A stretch of 63,623 nucleotides of DNA, the filler included, from Octopus bimaculoides (Eukaryota): NCBI RefSeq assembly GCF_001194135.2. It is 4 parts of 3 records of this genome, joined end to end, with 100 filler letters (N's around TTAATTAATTAA, not from the genome) between each part and the next. Parts side by side here need not be neighbours in the genome. Positions count along the whole stretch, not along the records: positions 46,829 to 61,812 come from NC_069000.1; 3 more parts are not named here. One strand, 5' to 3'. Numbering within the stretch: the stretch's first letter is position 1; each line of letters starts with the position of its first letter. The notes under the pieces were generated by a model that did no database searches, was not told the origin of the DNA, and was given only the letters and a program-made list of their open reading frames with translations. The translations under genes were made by a program, and so were the position numbers. This document shows, one piece after another, positions 47,954 through 60,304 of the stretch.

Positions 47954-48594
47954 TCATCATCATCATCATCATCATCATCATGAACATCATTATTTTTGTT
48001 GTTGCTATTTTTTTTCATAAAATTCTACGTGAACACTTGAGCTAATTGTTGACATCATAATCCTATGTCAAGCGTTGATCCTCCTCGGTCTGTCTCTAAA
48101 TGCTGACTTTTAAGACAATTACATTTTTCCCTAATGAGTAAATCGTCTTCTAAACGCCGTATTATTTCGATTTCTTCCAATTTCACTCATTTTATTTTTC
48201 TTGAAATTTCTTTTCTTTTCTTTTTTTTTGCCTTATTTCTATTTTGTTTTTGTTCGAGGGATTATTTCGATCAAATAAAAGTGATTTAAGACGTAATCCT
48301 TTAATTCACGAACCATATCTAATGTCTCCAGTCAAGCGATGCTAATGCAATCATCTCTATTGTTCAGTCATTACTAACACGACCGGAAGTTTTATTTCTA
48401 GACTATGTAATGTCGGCTGCTGTTCTTTCTCTCACCAATTCGTGCCTGATACTGGGTAATTCTCCTAAGGAGACATTTTTAATCAATGTTTAAACTTCGA
48501 TCGTGATTCCGAGTTAATCTGAACGAATCTATAATTAAATTGTATTTAAATTTGCGTGGAGGAACACATGACGAGATTCATATATATATGTATG

Positions 48595-48635
<41 letters not shown>

Positions 48636-49885
48636 NNNNNNNNNNNNNNNNNNNNNNNNNNNNNNNNNNNNNNNNNNNNNNNNNNNNNNNNNNNNNNNNN
48701 NNNNNNNNNNNNNNNNNNNNNNNNNNNNNNNNNNNNNNNNNNNNNNNNNNNNNNNNNNNNNNNNNNNNNNNNNNNNNNNNNNNNNNNNNNNNNNNNNNNN
48801 NNNNNNNNNNNNNNNNNNNNNNNNNNNNNNNNNNNNNNNNNNNNNNNNNNNNNNNNNNNNNNNNNNNNNNNNNNNNNNNNNNNNNNNNNNNNNNNNNNNN
48901 NNNNNNNNNNNNNNNNNNNNNNNNNNNNNNNNNNNNNNNNNNNNNNNNNNNNNNNNNNNNNNNNNNNNNNNNNNNNNNNNNNNNNNNNNNNNNNNNNNNN
49001 NNNNNNNNNNNNNNNNNNNNNNNNNNNNNNNNNNNNNNNNNNNNNNNNNNNNNNNNNNNNNNNNNNNNNNNNNNNNNNNNNNNNNNNNNNNNNNNNNNNN
49101 NNNNNNNNNNNNNNNNNNNNNNNNNNNNNNNNNNNNNNNNNNNNNNNNNNNNNNNNNNNNNNNNNNNNNNNNNNNNNNNNNNNNNNNNNNNNNNNNNNNN
49201 NNNNNNNNNNNNNNNNNNNNNNNNNNNNNNNNNNNNNNNNNNNNNNNNNNNNNNNNNNNNNNNNNNNNNNNNNNNNNNNNNNNNNNNNNNNNNNNNNNNN
49301 NNNNNNNNNNNNNNNNNNNNNNNNNNNNNNNNNNNNNNNNNNNNNNNNNNNNNNNNNNNNNNNNNNNNNNNNNNNNNNNNNNNNNNNNNNNNNNNNNNNN
49401 NNNNNNNNNNNNNNNNNNNNNNNNNNNNNNNNNNNNNNNNNNNNNNNNNNNNNNNNNNNNNNNNNNNNNNNNNNNNNNNNNNNNNNNNNNNNNNNNNNNN
49501 NNNNNNNNNNNNNNNNNNNNNNNNNNNNNNNNNNNNNNNNNNNNNNNNNNNNNNNNNNNNNNNNNNNNNNNNNNNNNNNNNNNNNNNNNNNNNNNNNNNN
49601 NNNNNNNNNNNNNNNNNNNNNGCAGTTGTAGTAGTAATTTTAATGATACCGTTAATAACATGATTGGAGCGATCAGATATTGTGTAGTTAGTGATAATGT
49701 GGAAGGATAAAACCTGTTGAAAAGATTATTTCGTAATGAAAGAAACTTGGTGCTACGGAGCCGTGGCTTATATCGATTTTTGGATTATAGCAAAGTGTTT
49801 GCTGTAATCGATTTCGCAGGAAAATAGATTGGATTGGGAGGTTGGTATGACGTGTAAGGAGTGAGAGATTTAATAACTTAGGTAA

Positions 49886-49945
<60 letters not shown>

Positions 49946-50478
49946 ATGTAAAGAGAAGTGGGGCTTAAAGAAAGAAGGAAAGGAAAGAAATTAGGGGCTA
50001 GGGAAAAGAAAAGACCCCGAACGAATTAGCGGTTGCATAGCAACATATTACATTTTTTTGTTTATATGTACCAAATTCCCTTGATGGATACCGTTGGTTT
50101 TAGATAAATGAGAAGCGTGTGAGTGCTTTTCATACATGCATGCATACATACATACATACATACANNNNNNNNNNTACATATATACATACATACATACATA
50201 TATACATACATACATACATACATGCATATATACGTACATGCCTACTCTAATATCGAACAGTGAGAATGGGTGCTCAACACCGCATTGAACGACAAATATT
50301 CTTTATTTGTGGGACAACCAGGTTACCAATGGTTTCATGTAGAAGAGAATCTCTTAATTATCGAGTATGCCACATTTTTTCCCTCTTGGATAACAATATA
50401 TATCTATATCTATATGTGTGTGTCTCTGCAAGCAAGCGCGTGTGTGTGTGTGTGTACATGTATATATATAATGTATTT

Positions 50479-50545
<67 letters not shown>

Positions 50546-50889
50546 GAGAGAGGGGGGCATATATACATGCACACGCACACACATATTAAACTCTGGGTGT
50601 CCGTTGGGTAGTGTGAGTTGTGTGCTGATGTCCAGTAGGTCTGGCTTTATCAAAGCCATATCGGCGGTCCACAGGCGAGAAAAGAGATTCATGGTTCGAG
50701 AAGGTTCATGTGGCTGCTGCTGCTGTTTTTGTTGTTGTTAATGGTTGCATCGATTAATTCTGAAATCCTGGCAGCAAATACGTTAAGATAACGTTTGGCA
50801 GAATCAAAGAGGTGACCGTTTCTCGGGAATGCATCAGGGAATTTTGTTGGTTGTGTCCTGGTCATTTTTTATATTCATCTCAAATTTTT

Positions 50890-51087
50890 GCACAAGGCCA
50901 GTAATTTCAAGGAAGGATATAAGTCGATTACATTGACCCCAGCATTCAGCTGGTACTTGTTTTATCGACCCCGAAAGGAGGAAATGCAAAGTGGGCCACG
51001 GCAGAGTGTGAAGTCAGAACGTAAAGACGGACGAAATGCTGCTAAGCATATTATTCGGCGTGTTAAGAATTCTGCCAGCTCGCCGCC
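50890..51087 (-). mobile_element. SINE group A copy
   Basis: Reverse complement of the consensus, ending CTGCCAGCTCGCCGCC. Confidence 0.8.
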
Positions 51088-51404
51088 TCTTTTATAAAAT
51101 TTCAGTGTTGAAGACCATTAAGCGAGATGTGATCTCACCATTTTTGATTCTTTATTGGAACAATCGAATCTGTTCTTAGAAGCACATCCTCGCGCCTTAT
51201 GGGACCGCATCTCTTGATGGAGTTGTGAAAAGCTAAACAGAATCTGATTTCGTGATAGACATGTGGATTGACTTTACAAATCTGTTTTGCTTGTAGAATG
51301 ACGAACTCTATAAACAGGCTTGGATTAAAAGAATGTAATGTTTAAGTCTGTTTTATCGACCATTCAATATCTTATGTGCTTTATATGCAGCCTTGGTTGC
51401 AACC

Positions 51405-51477
51405 GGCCACGTGGCCTAATGGATAAGGCGTCTGACTTCGAATCAGAAGATTGCGAGTTCGAGTCTCGTCGTGGTCT
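51405..51477 (+). tRNA. tRNA-Arg-TCG: tRNA-Arg, anticodon TCG
   Basis: Complete 73-nt cloverleaf. Acceptor stem GGCCACG/CGTGGTC, D stem GCCT/AGGC with A box TGGCCTAATGG, anticodon stem TCTGA/TCAGA with TCG at 51438-51440, T arm GCGAG-TTCGAGT-CTCGT. Confidence 0.93.
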
Positions 51478-51484
51478 TCTAATC

Positions 51485-51488
51485 TTTT
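51485..51488 (+). terminator. Probable Pol III terminator (T4) of tRNA-Arg
   Basis: TTTT run 8 nt after the discriminator base. Confidence 0.5.
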
Positions 51489-51659
51489 GCTGGCGGAGCA
51501 CCAGCACGGCCACAGCTATTGGCTGGAACGCATAAAAGAATATACTTTCATTCACCTGTGTCTTTCCCTCTCGTTCTCTTGCCGCTAAACATCTTTGTCC
51601 GAAGTGCAAACGATTCTACCAGATCGATATCTTAATAGTAATAATTCTTTTTTCTCTAG

Positions 51660-51790
51660 GCATAAGGACGGAAATGTTTTAGGGAAATGAGATCTAATCG
51701 ATTGCAACTAACCCACTGCACAGCTGGTATTTATTTTATCGATGCCGATTGGATGAATGGCAAAGTCGACCTCGGCGGAATTTGAACTGT
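51660..51790 (-). mobile_element. SINE group A partial copy
   Basis: GGCAAAGTCGACCTCGGCGGAATTTGAAC core. Confidence 0.75.
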
Positions 51791-54236
51791 AAAACCTTAG
51801 TGTGAACCAGTATCCAACAATCTGACGAGGTAACGAAGTAGTTTTATGTTCTCATCCCACCTGTTACATATATTAGCCAAATCCCACCAAAATCTCCACT
51901 GTACCGCCACGTAAGTAAATGACATAGTACATGGTGTAATAGCCAAACATCTCTAAATATTTAGTGATAGTCGTGGATGGAAGTCTTCGATTATAGTTCT
52001 GTCCGATCGAGCTTGACCTGAAGCAAAACATTTACAGCAAAAAAACCAAAGATCGCTTGGGAACAATTGAATAATTATTGTCGAAGAGTCATTTCTGCGT
52101 CCATAAACTAAAAGTCCATTGGGACATGCAAACTCCTGCGTTAGTCTCACTGATGAAGGGTCGGAAGAGCTTTTTACATAATGGTGATTTATGAAAAGAA
52201 CAACAACAACTAGAGATATTCAACTTCCAGTTCTTGCAGAGAAAACTTGTGAACTTTTTTGTTTGTTTGTTTTGGACTCAATGGCGATGCTAATAGTTAG
52301 AAACGCCATTTTAGAAATTCATGTTTAAGAGAAAGGGGTTTAAATGAACTCTCTAGTGTCATAAGACAACGTTTTTATAGCTTTGTAGAATATTGTTGGA
52401 AAATGAATCATTAGGCTTGCTTTCTGTGTTACGCCGTATTTACTGTTAGTTTCACCCTTTAATTATCAATTCGTCGAAAGAAAAAGATCTAATTACTCAT
52501 TAGTCATCGTCATTTTAGATCTCCGCAAACTGTTGCGATGAATATCATTGATGTTCAGTTTTAACTTCCGGTACCTAATGTCTGGAGGGATTATGGGAAA
52601 ATGGTAACAACAACAACAACAACATAGAAGTGATGAGTTTAAAATCAAGAATTTTGAGACGAATAAACCGAATTATGAAATACGCAAACGTCCCACGCAA
52701 ACGGCTCAAACAGCTGACCGAGGACCACTGTCGCCACGAATCTAACACAATTGTTTCCAGGAATGTTGGGCAAGTCGCATGTGGCCATATCGACAGCTTA
52801 CCGTAAACTCCGAGCAGTATGTTTCTCCCAGTATGTAATTATTACTGTTGTGACCCGCAAACGGCCAAAACAGTTTCCCTTAATGCCCAGTGTTCTGTTA
52901 AATGTTCGCAGATATTGTTTAGTTACTTCTACACACAGCCTAAGAAACATTTTCATTTATCAACTCAACCAGTCACGATCAAGGATCAACCAACCAACAA
53001 ACACCCAAGCGACATGTTTATCAAGAATGTAGTATCTAGGGCTTTTTGCTGCACCCTGTACACCTAAATGTTCTGAACGTGTACAGTCTGTTTCTATTGT
53101 CAAACATCAAGTAGCCTTCTTTGAATTTTAAAAACTAATCTTCTTCGCGATATAAGAAAGAACAATATTCCACGAGTTACATTTAAACATCCATTCGCTA
53201 ACAATTACATTCTTTGCAAAACTTGTTTTAAAATCTTCTTTACATCGAGTAAACAATATATGCTTATATTTCTTTGTTCGTTTCCTTATGTATCTTGTCC
53301 AAAACTCTTGTGTTCTTTATTGTGCAGGTTATCGATCACAAACAAACCTCGATCGCCACCAAAATATGATGCGAGTACAGCCAGTAGGAACAATATTGTC
53401 ATAGGCGCCTAAATTGCCATGATTTTCAATCGGCTGCTGATGAAGGGGATAGAATTCCATTGTCCGTCTGCGTTTGTCGTGTATTCGTTTCTCCGGGAAA
53501 TTTTCTTATTATCATTCTGTGATAATTTTCTATACCTGCCTATATGCATATATACATGTGTGCGTGTGCGCGCGTGTGTATGCGTGTGAAAAATATGTAT
53601 GTATGTATGTACATACACACACACATATCTATGTATATGTATGTATATGTGTGTATGTATATATATGTGTGTGTGTGTGTATACAGATGCGTGTAAAACA
53701 TATATATGTATGTACGTATACACACAAACACACACACATATATGTATGTATATGTGTGTATGTACGTATATATATATTTGTATGTATGCTTCAGTATTGT
53801 TTGATTTTTTTTTTCATCTTTCCTGTTTCTCTATAAGAAAATAGATTTTGATCGGGAAACTAATCACGAAGACAACCACTTCTTATAAAGCGTCACGTTT
53901 GGTGTGAGAACAATTCTTCTCTCCTTTGTTTTGCAACTGTGACATCTATTACCATCCTGTTTTTGTTTTGCTTTTTTTTTTCTATATTATTCCACCATTC
54001 TTTCCGTCTATGCTTGTCTGTCTGTATGTCGGTTTTGATGTCCCTTTGTATCCCCTGAAACCTTTCATACACCAAATCAATGTTCAACATAATCGAACGT
54101 GACAAATAAAACATCATTTCTAAATTAATTACTTTTACGAACAAAATGGCGCAGTGACGTTCAACTGAGAAACCGTTTCATTCTTTTTAGATAGCGCCGT
54201 TGTTGATGCCATTGTTGCTGTCCTTATGGTTGTCGT

Positions 54237-54291
<55 letters not shown>

Positions 54292-54926
54292 TATTGGGTG
54301 ATGAACTGGCAGATTTGTTACAGTGTCAAGCAAAATGCCTTACAGTATTATTCCAGCTCTTTATTTTCTGTGTTCAAATCCTACCGAGGTCAACGGTACC
54401 GTTTACTCTTCTGGTGTCGATAACATAAAGCGCAAGTCATGTACTAACGTTGGCTTAATCCATTAACTTCATCCCCATATATTCCTGGTCTTGTGGCAAT
54501 GCTAGAAATCCACCAGAAGGATGGATTACCAGAATCTTTAGATTGTCGGACAAAATGTTTTGCAGAATTTATTTTGGTTTTTAACGGCCTGAGTTCAAAT
54601 TCCACTGCCCCTTATTTATTGCCTCTTAATCTCCATGGATTGATAATCCGATGTACCGTTCATATGCAGTTAAATTTGTTATGTACCATTCTCGGGGCGG
54701 TTAGATATGCACCGGCGAACGAGAACAGGACGGTCAAAAGTTGCTTTGGTCAGATGGTTGTACAAGACCAATCCAACCACTGATGAGTATGGAGAAGCAG
54801 ACTTATTGCCTGGTCCTCCCTCTACTCTCCAAATCCTGCAACTCAAAAAAGCTCGCAGACTTCAATAAAGATGTAAATAACCATTTTGAAAAATCAAGAG
54901 GAAAGAAAAGACTAATGGTGACTTAA

Positions 54927-55702
54927 CCCCTTATTTTACCGACCTCGAAAAGATGAAGGGCAAAGTCGACCTCGGCGGAATTTGAACTCAGACCATAGCG
55001 ACAGGCGAAATACCTATTTCGTTATTGCCCACAAGGGGCTAAACATAGAGGGAACAAACAAGAACAGACGAACGGATTAAGTCGATTACATCGACCCCAG
55101 TGCGTAACTGGTACTTAATTTATCGACTCCGAAAGGATGAAAGGCAAAGTCGACCTCGGCGGAATTTGAACACAGAACGTAACGGCAGACGAAATACCGC
55201 TAAGCATTTCGTCCAGCGCGCTAACGATTCTGCCACCTCGCCGCCATACATGCATTATTATATTATGAAGGTAAAGTTGGTGGTGGTGGTGGCGATGGTG
55301 GTGACGATGACTGTGGAGAGAGATGTGGGGCACGGACTACTTATCTTACAGCATTTCGTATCGTCCTCTGTGTTCTGAGTTCTAATCCTATCGAGGAGGG
55401 ATGAATGGCAAAGTTGACCGCGGCTGGATTTGAACTCAGAACGTAAAGCGATGGAACAAATAGCGCAAAGTATTTTATCGGACGTTCTTACGATTCTGCC
55501 AACTCGCCGCTTCGGTCCCTGATTTAGGCCAGAAATTCCGAGAACAAGGGTTTGTCGATTTGATTGGTACTTTATTTTATCGACGCTAGGGGGATGAATG
55601 GTAAAGTTGATCCAGGTAGGATTTGAACTCACAGTGTAAAGTGTCGGAAGAAATGACGTGAAGCATTTTGTTTTTTCTGGCGCTTTAACGATTCTGCCAG
55701 CG
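54927..55702 (-). mobile_element. Cluster of four SINE group A copies and one opposed fragment
   Basis: Minus copies at about 54927-55020, 55021-55245, 55390-55511 and 55525-55702, plus a plus-strand head fragment at about 55349-55390. Confidence 0.82.
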
Positions 55703-56686
55703 TCGTCTCTGACAAGAACCAACAACGACAAAAACAACAACAACAACAACAACAACAAACTCAAGAACAAGAACAAGAACAAGAACAACAACGATAACTG
55801 CGAGAAGAGTATGTACAAAAAAAAACCCCAAAAGAGTAAAGNNNNNNNNNNNNNNNNNNNNNNNNNNNNNNNNNNNNNNNNNNNNNNNNNNNNNNNNNNN
55901 NNNNNNNNNNNNNNNNNNNNNNNNNNNNNNNNNNNNNNNNNNNNNNNNNNNNNNNNNNNNNNNNNNNNNNNNNNNNNNNNNNNNNNNNNNNNNNNNNNNN
56001 NNNNNNNNNNNNNNNNNNNNNNNNNNNNNNNNNNNNNNNNNNNNNNNNNNNNNNNNNNNNNNNNNNNNNNNNNNNNNNNNNNNNNNNNNNNNNNNNNNNN
56101 NNNNNNNNNNNNNNNNNNNNNNNNNNNNNNNNNNNNNNNNNNNNNNNNNNNNNNNNNNNNNNNNNNNNNNNNNNNNNNNNNNNNNNNNNAAGTCACATGC
56201 TCAAATCAAAAGTTTTTTTTTGTTTGTTGTCTTTTGTTAGATTTATCTTTGCATATAAAAAAAATACTAATTTTTTTTGTTTGTTTAAATATTATTTTTA
56301 TGGCTGAAAGTCTCTTCTTACAACTCGCAGAAGAGATCATGGTAAAAGAAAAGAAAGACATTGAAATCTTCTTCAGGTATCTCAGTTGTAAGTACGGTCC
56401 AAGGTTTTTTTTTTTTTTTTCAGACAATGGTTCCATTCCTCTGAGCCGTGTACTTATGTATGGAGGCGGAAAGGCACCGAGAGAAATGCATCTTGTTATC
56501 GTTGCTATTGTTGCCTACCGCTTCCCCCCACCATGCCACCCCTCACTTCTGTCTTGACCCTATCGTCATTTGCAGGGAGGGGTTTAAGAACGTGAAGGTC
56601 GGTGGATTAGTGGTTAGGATTTTCGGCCCACGATCATAGTAAAGGATAAAGCTTCTTTACAAGTCATAAACTCATAGAGCCGTTTT

Positions 56687-57000
56687 GCCGGTTTCTGAGG
56701 CCCATATATTCCCCACCTGGATGCGACGCCAGTCCGTCTCAAGGGTACTCCTTTTTGCGTGCTGAATGGACTGAAGCAACGTGAAATGAAGTGTTTTGCT
56801 CAAGGACACAAGGCGTTGTCCGGTCTAGGAATCGAAACCACGATCTTACGATCACGAATCCAAAACCCTCCAACACAATCATAACGTTGTGGGTTCAATA
56901 TCTGGGTCGGGAAACTCGTTGTCTCCTTCAACACGGGCCTTTATTTCATGTTGTTCCAGTTTCCTCACCTGTAATTGAATACCAGCCGTAAACTGATGCA
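56687..57000. mobile_element. Two SINE group B copies in opposite orientation
   Basis: Minus copy 56687-56880 (V-like tail) directly adjacent to a degenerate plus copy 56883-57000. Confidence 0.6.
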
Positions 57001-57039
57001 GTTTTCTCTCTTTCGTGGGCACATCTTCAGTCTTTCGAT

Positions 57040-57150
57040 GCATCAGTACTTGTGTGGTACTTTACTCCGTTGACCTCGGATGTATGACAGGTTAAGTTGA
57101 CCTTAGCCTTATTTGAACTCAGAACGTAAAAAGTCGGAACAAATAACGAA
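57040..57150 (-). mobile_element. SINE group A partial copy
   Basis: GTTGACCTTAGCCTTATTTGAACTCAGAACGTAA matches the core and head. Confidence 0.65.
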
Positions 57151-57227
57151 AAAGCATTTTCCACACACACAGGATTCGACTAAACCCCTCTCTCTCATAA
57201 ATGAATGATTCGAAAGACTCTACTTAC

Positions 57228-57371
57228 CGTCAATATCGATCTCCTGCACCATCTGTCGTATTTCATCGACCGAAGGGTATTGTCCCAAATCTCGAAGAAC
57301 CTTTCGTAATTCATCCGTTGAAATGGAACCGTCGCCATCTTTATCAAAGAGTCGGAATGATTCCTTAAGTT
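57228..57371 (-). CDS. Internal coding exon of a calmodulin-like EF-hand protein (EF-hand 1 and start of EF-hand 2)
   Basis: Minus strand reads ttttttcttcgaacAG | 144 nt | GTAAGT. Phase 1 to phase 1 translation is (E)[47 protein letters not shown](G). It contains a canonical 12-residue loop [12 protein letters not shown]. The length and both phases match the 144-nt third exon of metazoan calmodulin. My hand count gives 28/49 identity to calmodulin, so it is a paralogue rather than calmodulin itself. Confidence 0.9.
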
Positions 57372-57882
57372 CTGTTCGAAGAAAAAAAAAACAGACATCA
57401 TAAACCGTTAATTATAGATATGTGTGTGTTTGTGTCTTAGAATGCAGTTGCTAGTGAGTATATGCTATTGACGAAGCCTAAGGAGGCAGAAATGCACATC
57501 TAACATTCTCACCACCGTTGCTGGACAATATTCGTTTTTCTGGATTTATCTTAAGTTAATTCCTATAGTGCAAAGTTAAGTATGTTTTATAAGGTTTACT
57601 GTAGAGTATGGTCATAGATTTAAGTTGTGTATTCCTTCGTAAATCAGAAAGCTTACACACACTCACTCACACACACACACATACACACACACAGAGTTCA
57701 AATTACAGAAAACAAAAGAGGTGACGGAATAACAAGCAGGTGTATTAGTTTAACGCTTGGGAAGAATGGAAAAGTCTTTGACGTTCCAAGTCTACGATCT
57801 TCGACAGAAAGGAGTAAGAAAAAAAAAAGCGGAGAGAGAAAAAATGCGTAGGAATTAACGCTCAAAAGTATACTTATATATA

Positions 57883-58064
57883 TGGGTTGGTGCATAATTA
57901 TTGCGGCTTTTTTTTCAACAAATTTTATTCAACAAAAACAATGACAATATTTAACAAAAACATCTTTAAATGACGGTCTGACCGTCTGCCAAGCAAATGG
58001 AAAGCAGTAATTGAAGTAGATGGTGAATATGCTCCGGAATAATCATTTAAAGATATTTTTGTTA
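57883..58064. mobile_element. Mariner remnant in the calmodulin-like intron
   Basis: TA-flanked TGGGTTGGTGCATAATTATTGCGG resembles mariner (Hsmar1/MADE1-type) TIRs. Plus-strand DRLPSKWKAVIEVDGEYAPE* (57980-58042) matches the mariner transposase C-terminus. Confidence 0.7.
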
Positions 58065-58554
58065 CATTATTAATCTATATTAATCTCAGTAATCTATATT
58101 AATTCTATATTAATGCCATTATCAAATTGCATTTAAAATCACTGCTGTTACGCTTTTAACTAAATCCTTTAAATTGTTGACATATCTCCGCCTGTAAATT
58201 TTTTTATGTAAATTAATGATAAGCTAGCAGTGTTTATTTTTCATACTGAAGTTTGCCACGGTGTATACCCATAGATTTCAGGTATCCTTGCATTCCGAAA
58301 AACCAAATGGAATTTACTAAAACATTTCACTCTCAAATTAAAGTAACTGAACTTCAATCTCATAATAAAACATTTGGGCTGAGATTTAAATCATGTGAAT
58401 ATTTAAAGTAGATGAACCATTTGTCTTTTAAACAAATGAATATCAATTTAAAATTCATGAAAGTTAATTTAAAATTGAAGAATTCTTATTTAAAAACCAG
58501 AAAAAAGTTAAAATCAAATGAGATGAAAAAATTTTAGAAAATGTAGAATATTCA

Positions 58555-58730
58555 CTAATAATAATAATAATAATAATAATAATGATAATAATAATAATAA
58601 TAATGAGGATGACGACAACGATGGGGATAATGACGAAGGTGTTAATGATGATGATGATGATGATGACGGTGGTGTTAGTAGTGAGATGATGAATAACAAT
58701 AACAATGACAAAAGTGACGATGACGAAGCA
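58555..58730. repeat. (AAT)n-(GAT)n array
   Basis: Direct inspection. Confidence 0.88.
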
Positions 58731-59615
58731 GATAATTAAAAATATATTAATTATTACCGTAATTATTATGATTCTTTTTTTTTTAATATTTAAAGACATC
58801 ATCAACGTCTAGATTGCATTGTTCCACAATAATGAAAAAGAATGCGTAAATAAAATGGCCTCAAGGCGTCGCTTTAACAGTGGTGGGTTTGTTCATTACG
58901 AAAAGGAAGACAATGCTGGACAGATATGTCAACTGTCTCAACAAGTCATATTTTCTTACAGTGGGTCGTTTAGAGATCTCAAAAACACAAAGAATGGAAG
59001 AATGCGAGAGATGGAATTGTTGAGAATCGTATTGTTAAAGTGTTCAGGTTTGTATAGGAATAAACACACAAATACATGCAGTCATATGTTCGCGCTTCTC
59101 TGTCCGTCTTTCTGTCTGTCTGTCTGTCTGTCTGTCTGTNNNNNNNNNNNNNNNNNNNNNNNNNNNNNNNNNNNNNNNNNNNNNNNNNNNNNNNNNNNNN
59201 NNNNNNNNNNNNNNNNNNNNNNNNNNNNNNNNNNNNNNNNNNNNNNNNNNNNNNNNNNNNNNNNNNNNNNNNNNNNNNNNNNNNNNNNNNNNNNNNNNNN
59301 NNNNNNNNNNNNNNNNNNNNNNNNNNNNNNNNNNNNNNNNNNNNNNNNNNNNNNNNNNNNNNNNNNNNNNNNNNNNNNNNNGGGGGGGGGGGACAGATAC
59401 AAACACAGAGACAAAACACACACACACACACACATAAATATATACATAAATCCTCAAGACCATGCATGTGTTCAGCTCTTCTTGTATAAGTCTTGTATAA
59501 GTTGCTACACGGTTTTTCGTTATCTGGTTACGTGTAATCGATTATTATTATTATTATTATTGCTGCAAATAACAATGGATTGTGATAGGTTATCAGAAGA
59601 ATTTAGCATATTTAC

Positions 59616-59655
59616 CTTTAATTTGTGATTCTGAATACTTTTGGAGAATGCTTTC
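59616..59655 (-). CDS. Upstream coding exon of the same calmodulin-like gene
   Basis: Minus strand reads tttttttctttcAG | GAA AGC ATT CTC CAA AAG TAT TCA GAA TCA CAA ATT AAA G | GTAAAT. The 40 nt run phase 0 to phase 1 and encode [13 protein letters not shown](E). This joins in frame to 57371 and parallels calmodulin exon 2 (ADQLTEEQIA-E). Confidence 0.78.
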
Positions 59656-60274
59656 CTGAAAGAAAAAAATAACAAAGGATCGTAGAATGTAGCAGTAACC
59701 GCCAATGCAAAAATACATTCAAGAATACAATGGACGTTTTTTTACTCACCTGAGCGAAAATTAATTAGAAAAAAGCCGAGATGTTCTTTTTATATATTCT
59801 TTAATGTTTGTATTTCTTTCTGCAGAAGGACAGTGGCCGTAAGCTATATTTTGAGGCCGCTTAAACTGTTGTGAAGGGGAACATTTTCGAAAACATACCT
59901 CTAGATACGTTGTGACCGAATAAAAGACGTAATGTTTTCACCAAAAACACTTTAGATCATAGCTTTGGTAGGTCAGGTCTAATCTGGGGTCAAATAGCAT
60001 CAGCATGGAAGCATATATGGGGAAATATACCCCTAACTGTATTGTGACTCATTAAAAGTTGGGGTGGCCACATTAGGAATACCTTTGATCATAAGTCTGT
60101 TGGAGCAGGACTGATTTGGGATTCAACAATGACAGTAACAACCAAAATAACAAGAACAGCCAGAAAGTAAGACACATGAAATAATATATTCCAAGATACA
60201 TTGTGTCTGAATAAAAGATTAAGTGTTCAAAACAAGAATGCTTTTGGCTTTAGATCTCGTGGGGCAGGGCTTAC

Positions 60275-60304
60275 CAAGGGGAAGACTCGCCTCAAGTTAA
60301 ACAT
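60275..60304 (-). CDS. Candidate first coding exon of the calmodulin-like gene (MFNLRRVFPL)
   Basis: ATG plus 9 codons end in phase 0 at a TG|GTAAGC donor, compatible with the phase-0 acceptor at 59655. There is no homology support, and the real first exon may lie elsewhere. Confidence 0.3.

Noticed and set aside
52150-52175. CTGATGAAGG as a hammerhead core
   Set aside because: There is no stem II closure and no GAAA downstream.
53099-53125. FKEGYLMFD peptide resembling an EF-hand entry helix
   Set aside because: An in-frame stop lies just upstream, no EF loop follows, and the phase does not fit.
56420-56445. Minus-strand NGTI peptide as the next calmodulin-like exon
   Set aside because: The AG is in the wrong phase, there is no pyrimidine tract, and a stop follows two codons later.
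3055-59628. Long ORFs in the track that consist mostly of X (for example 29764-30987, 36768-37901, 43781-44890, 48556-49710)
   Set aside because: They are open only because N gaps contain no stop codons.
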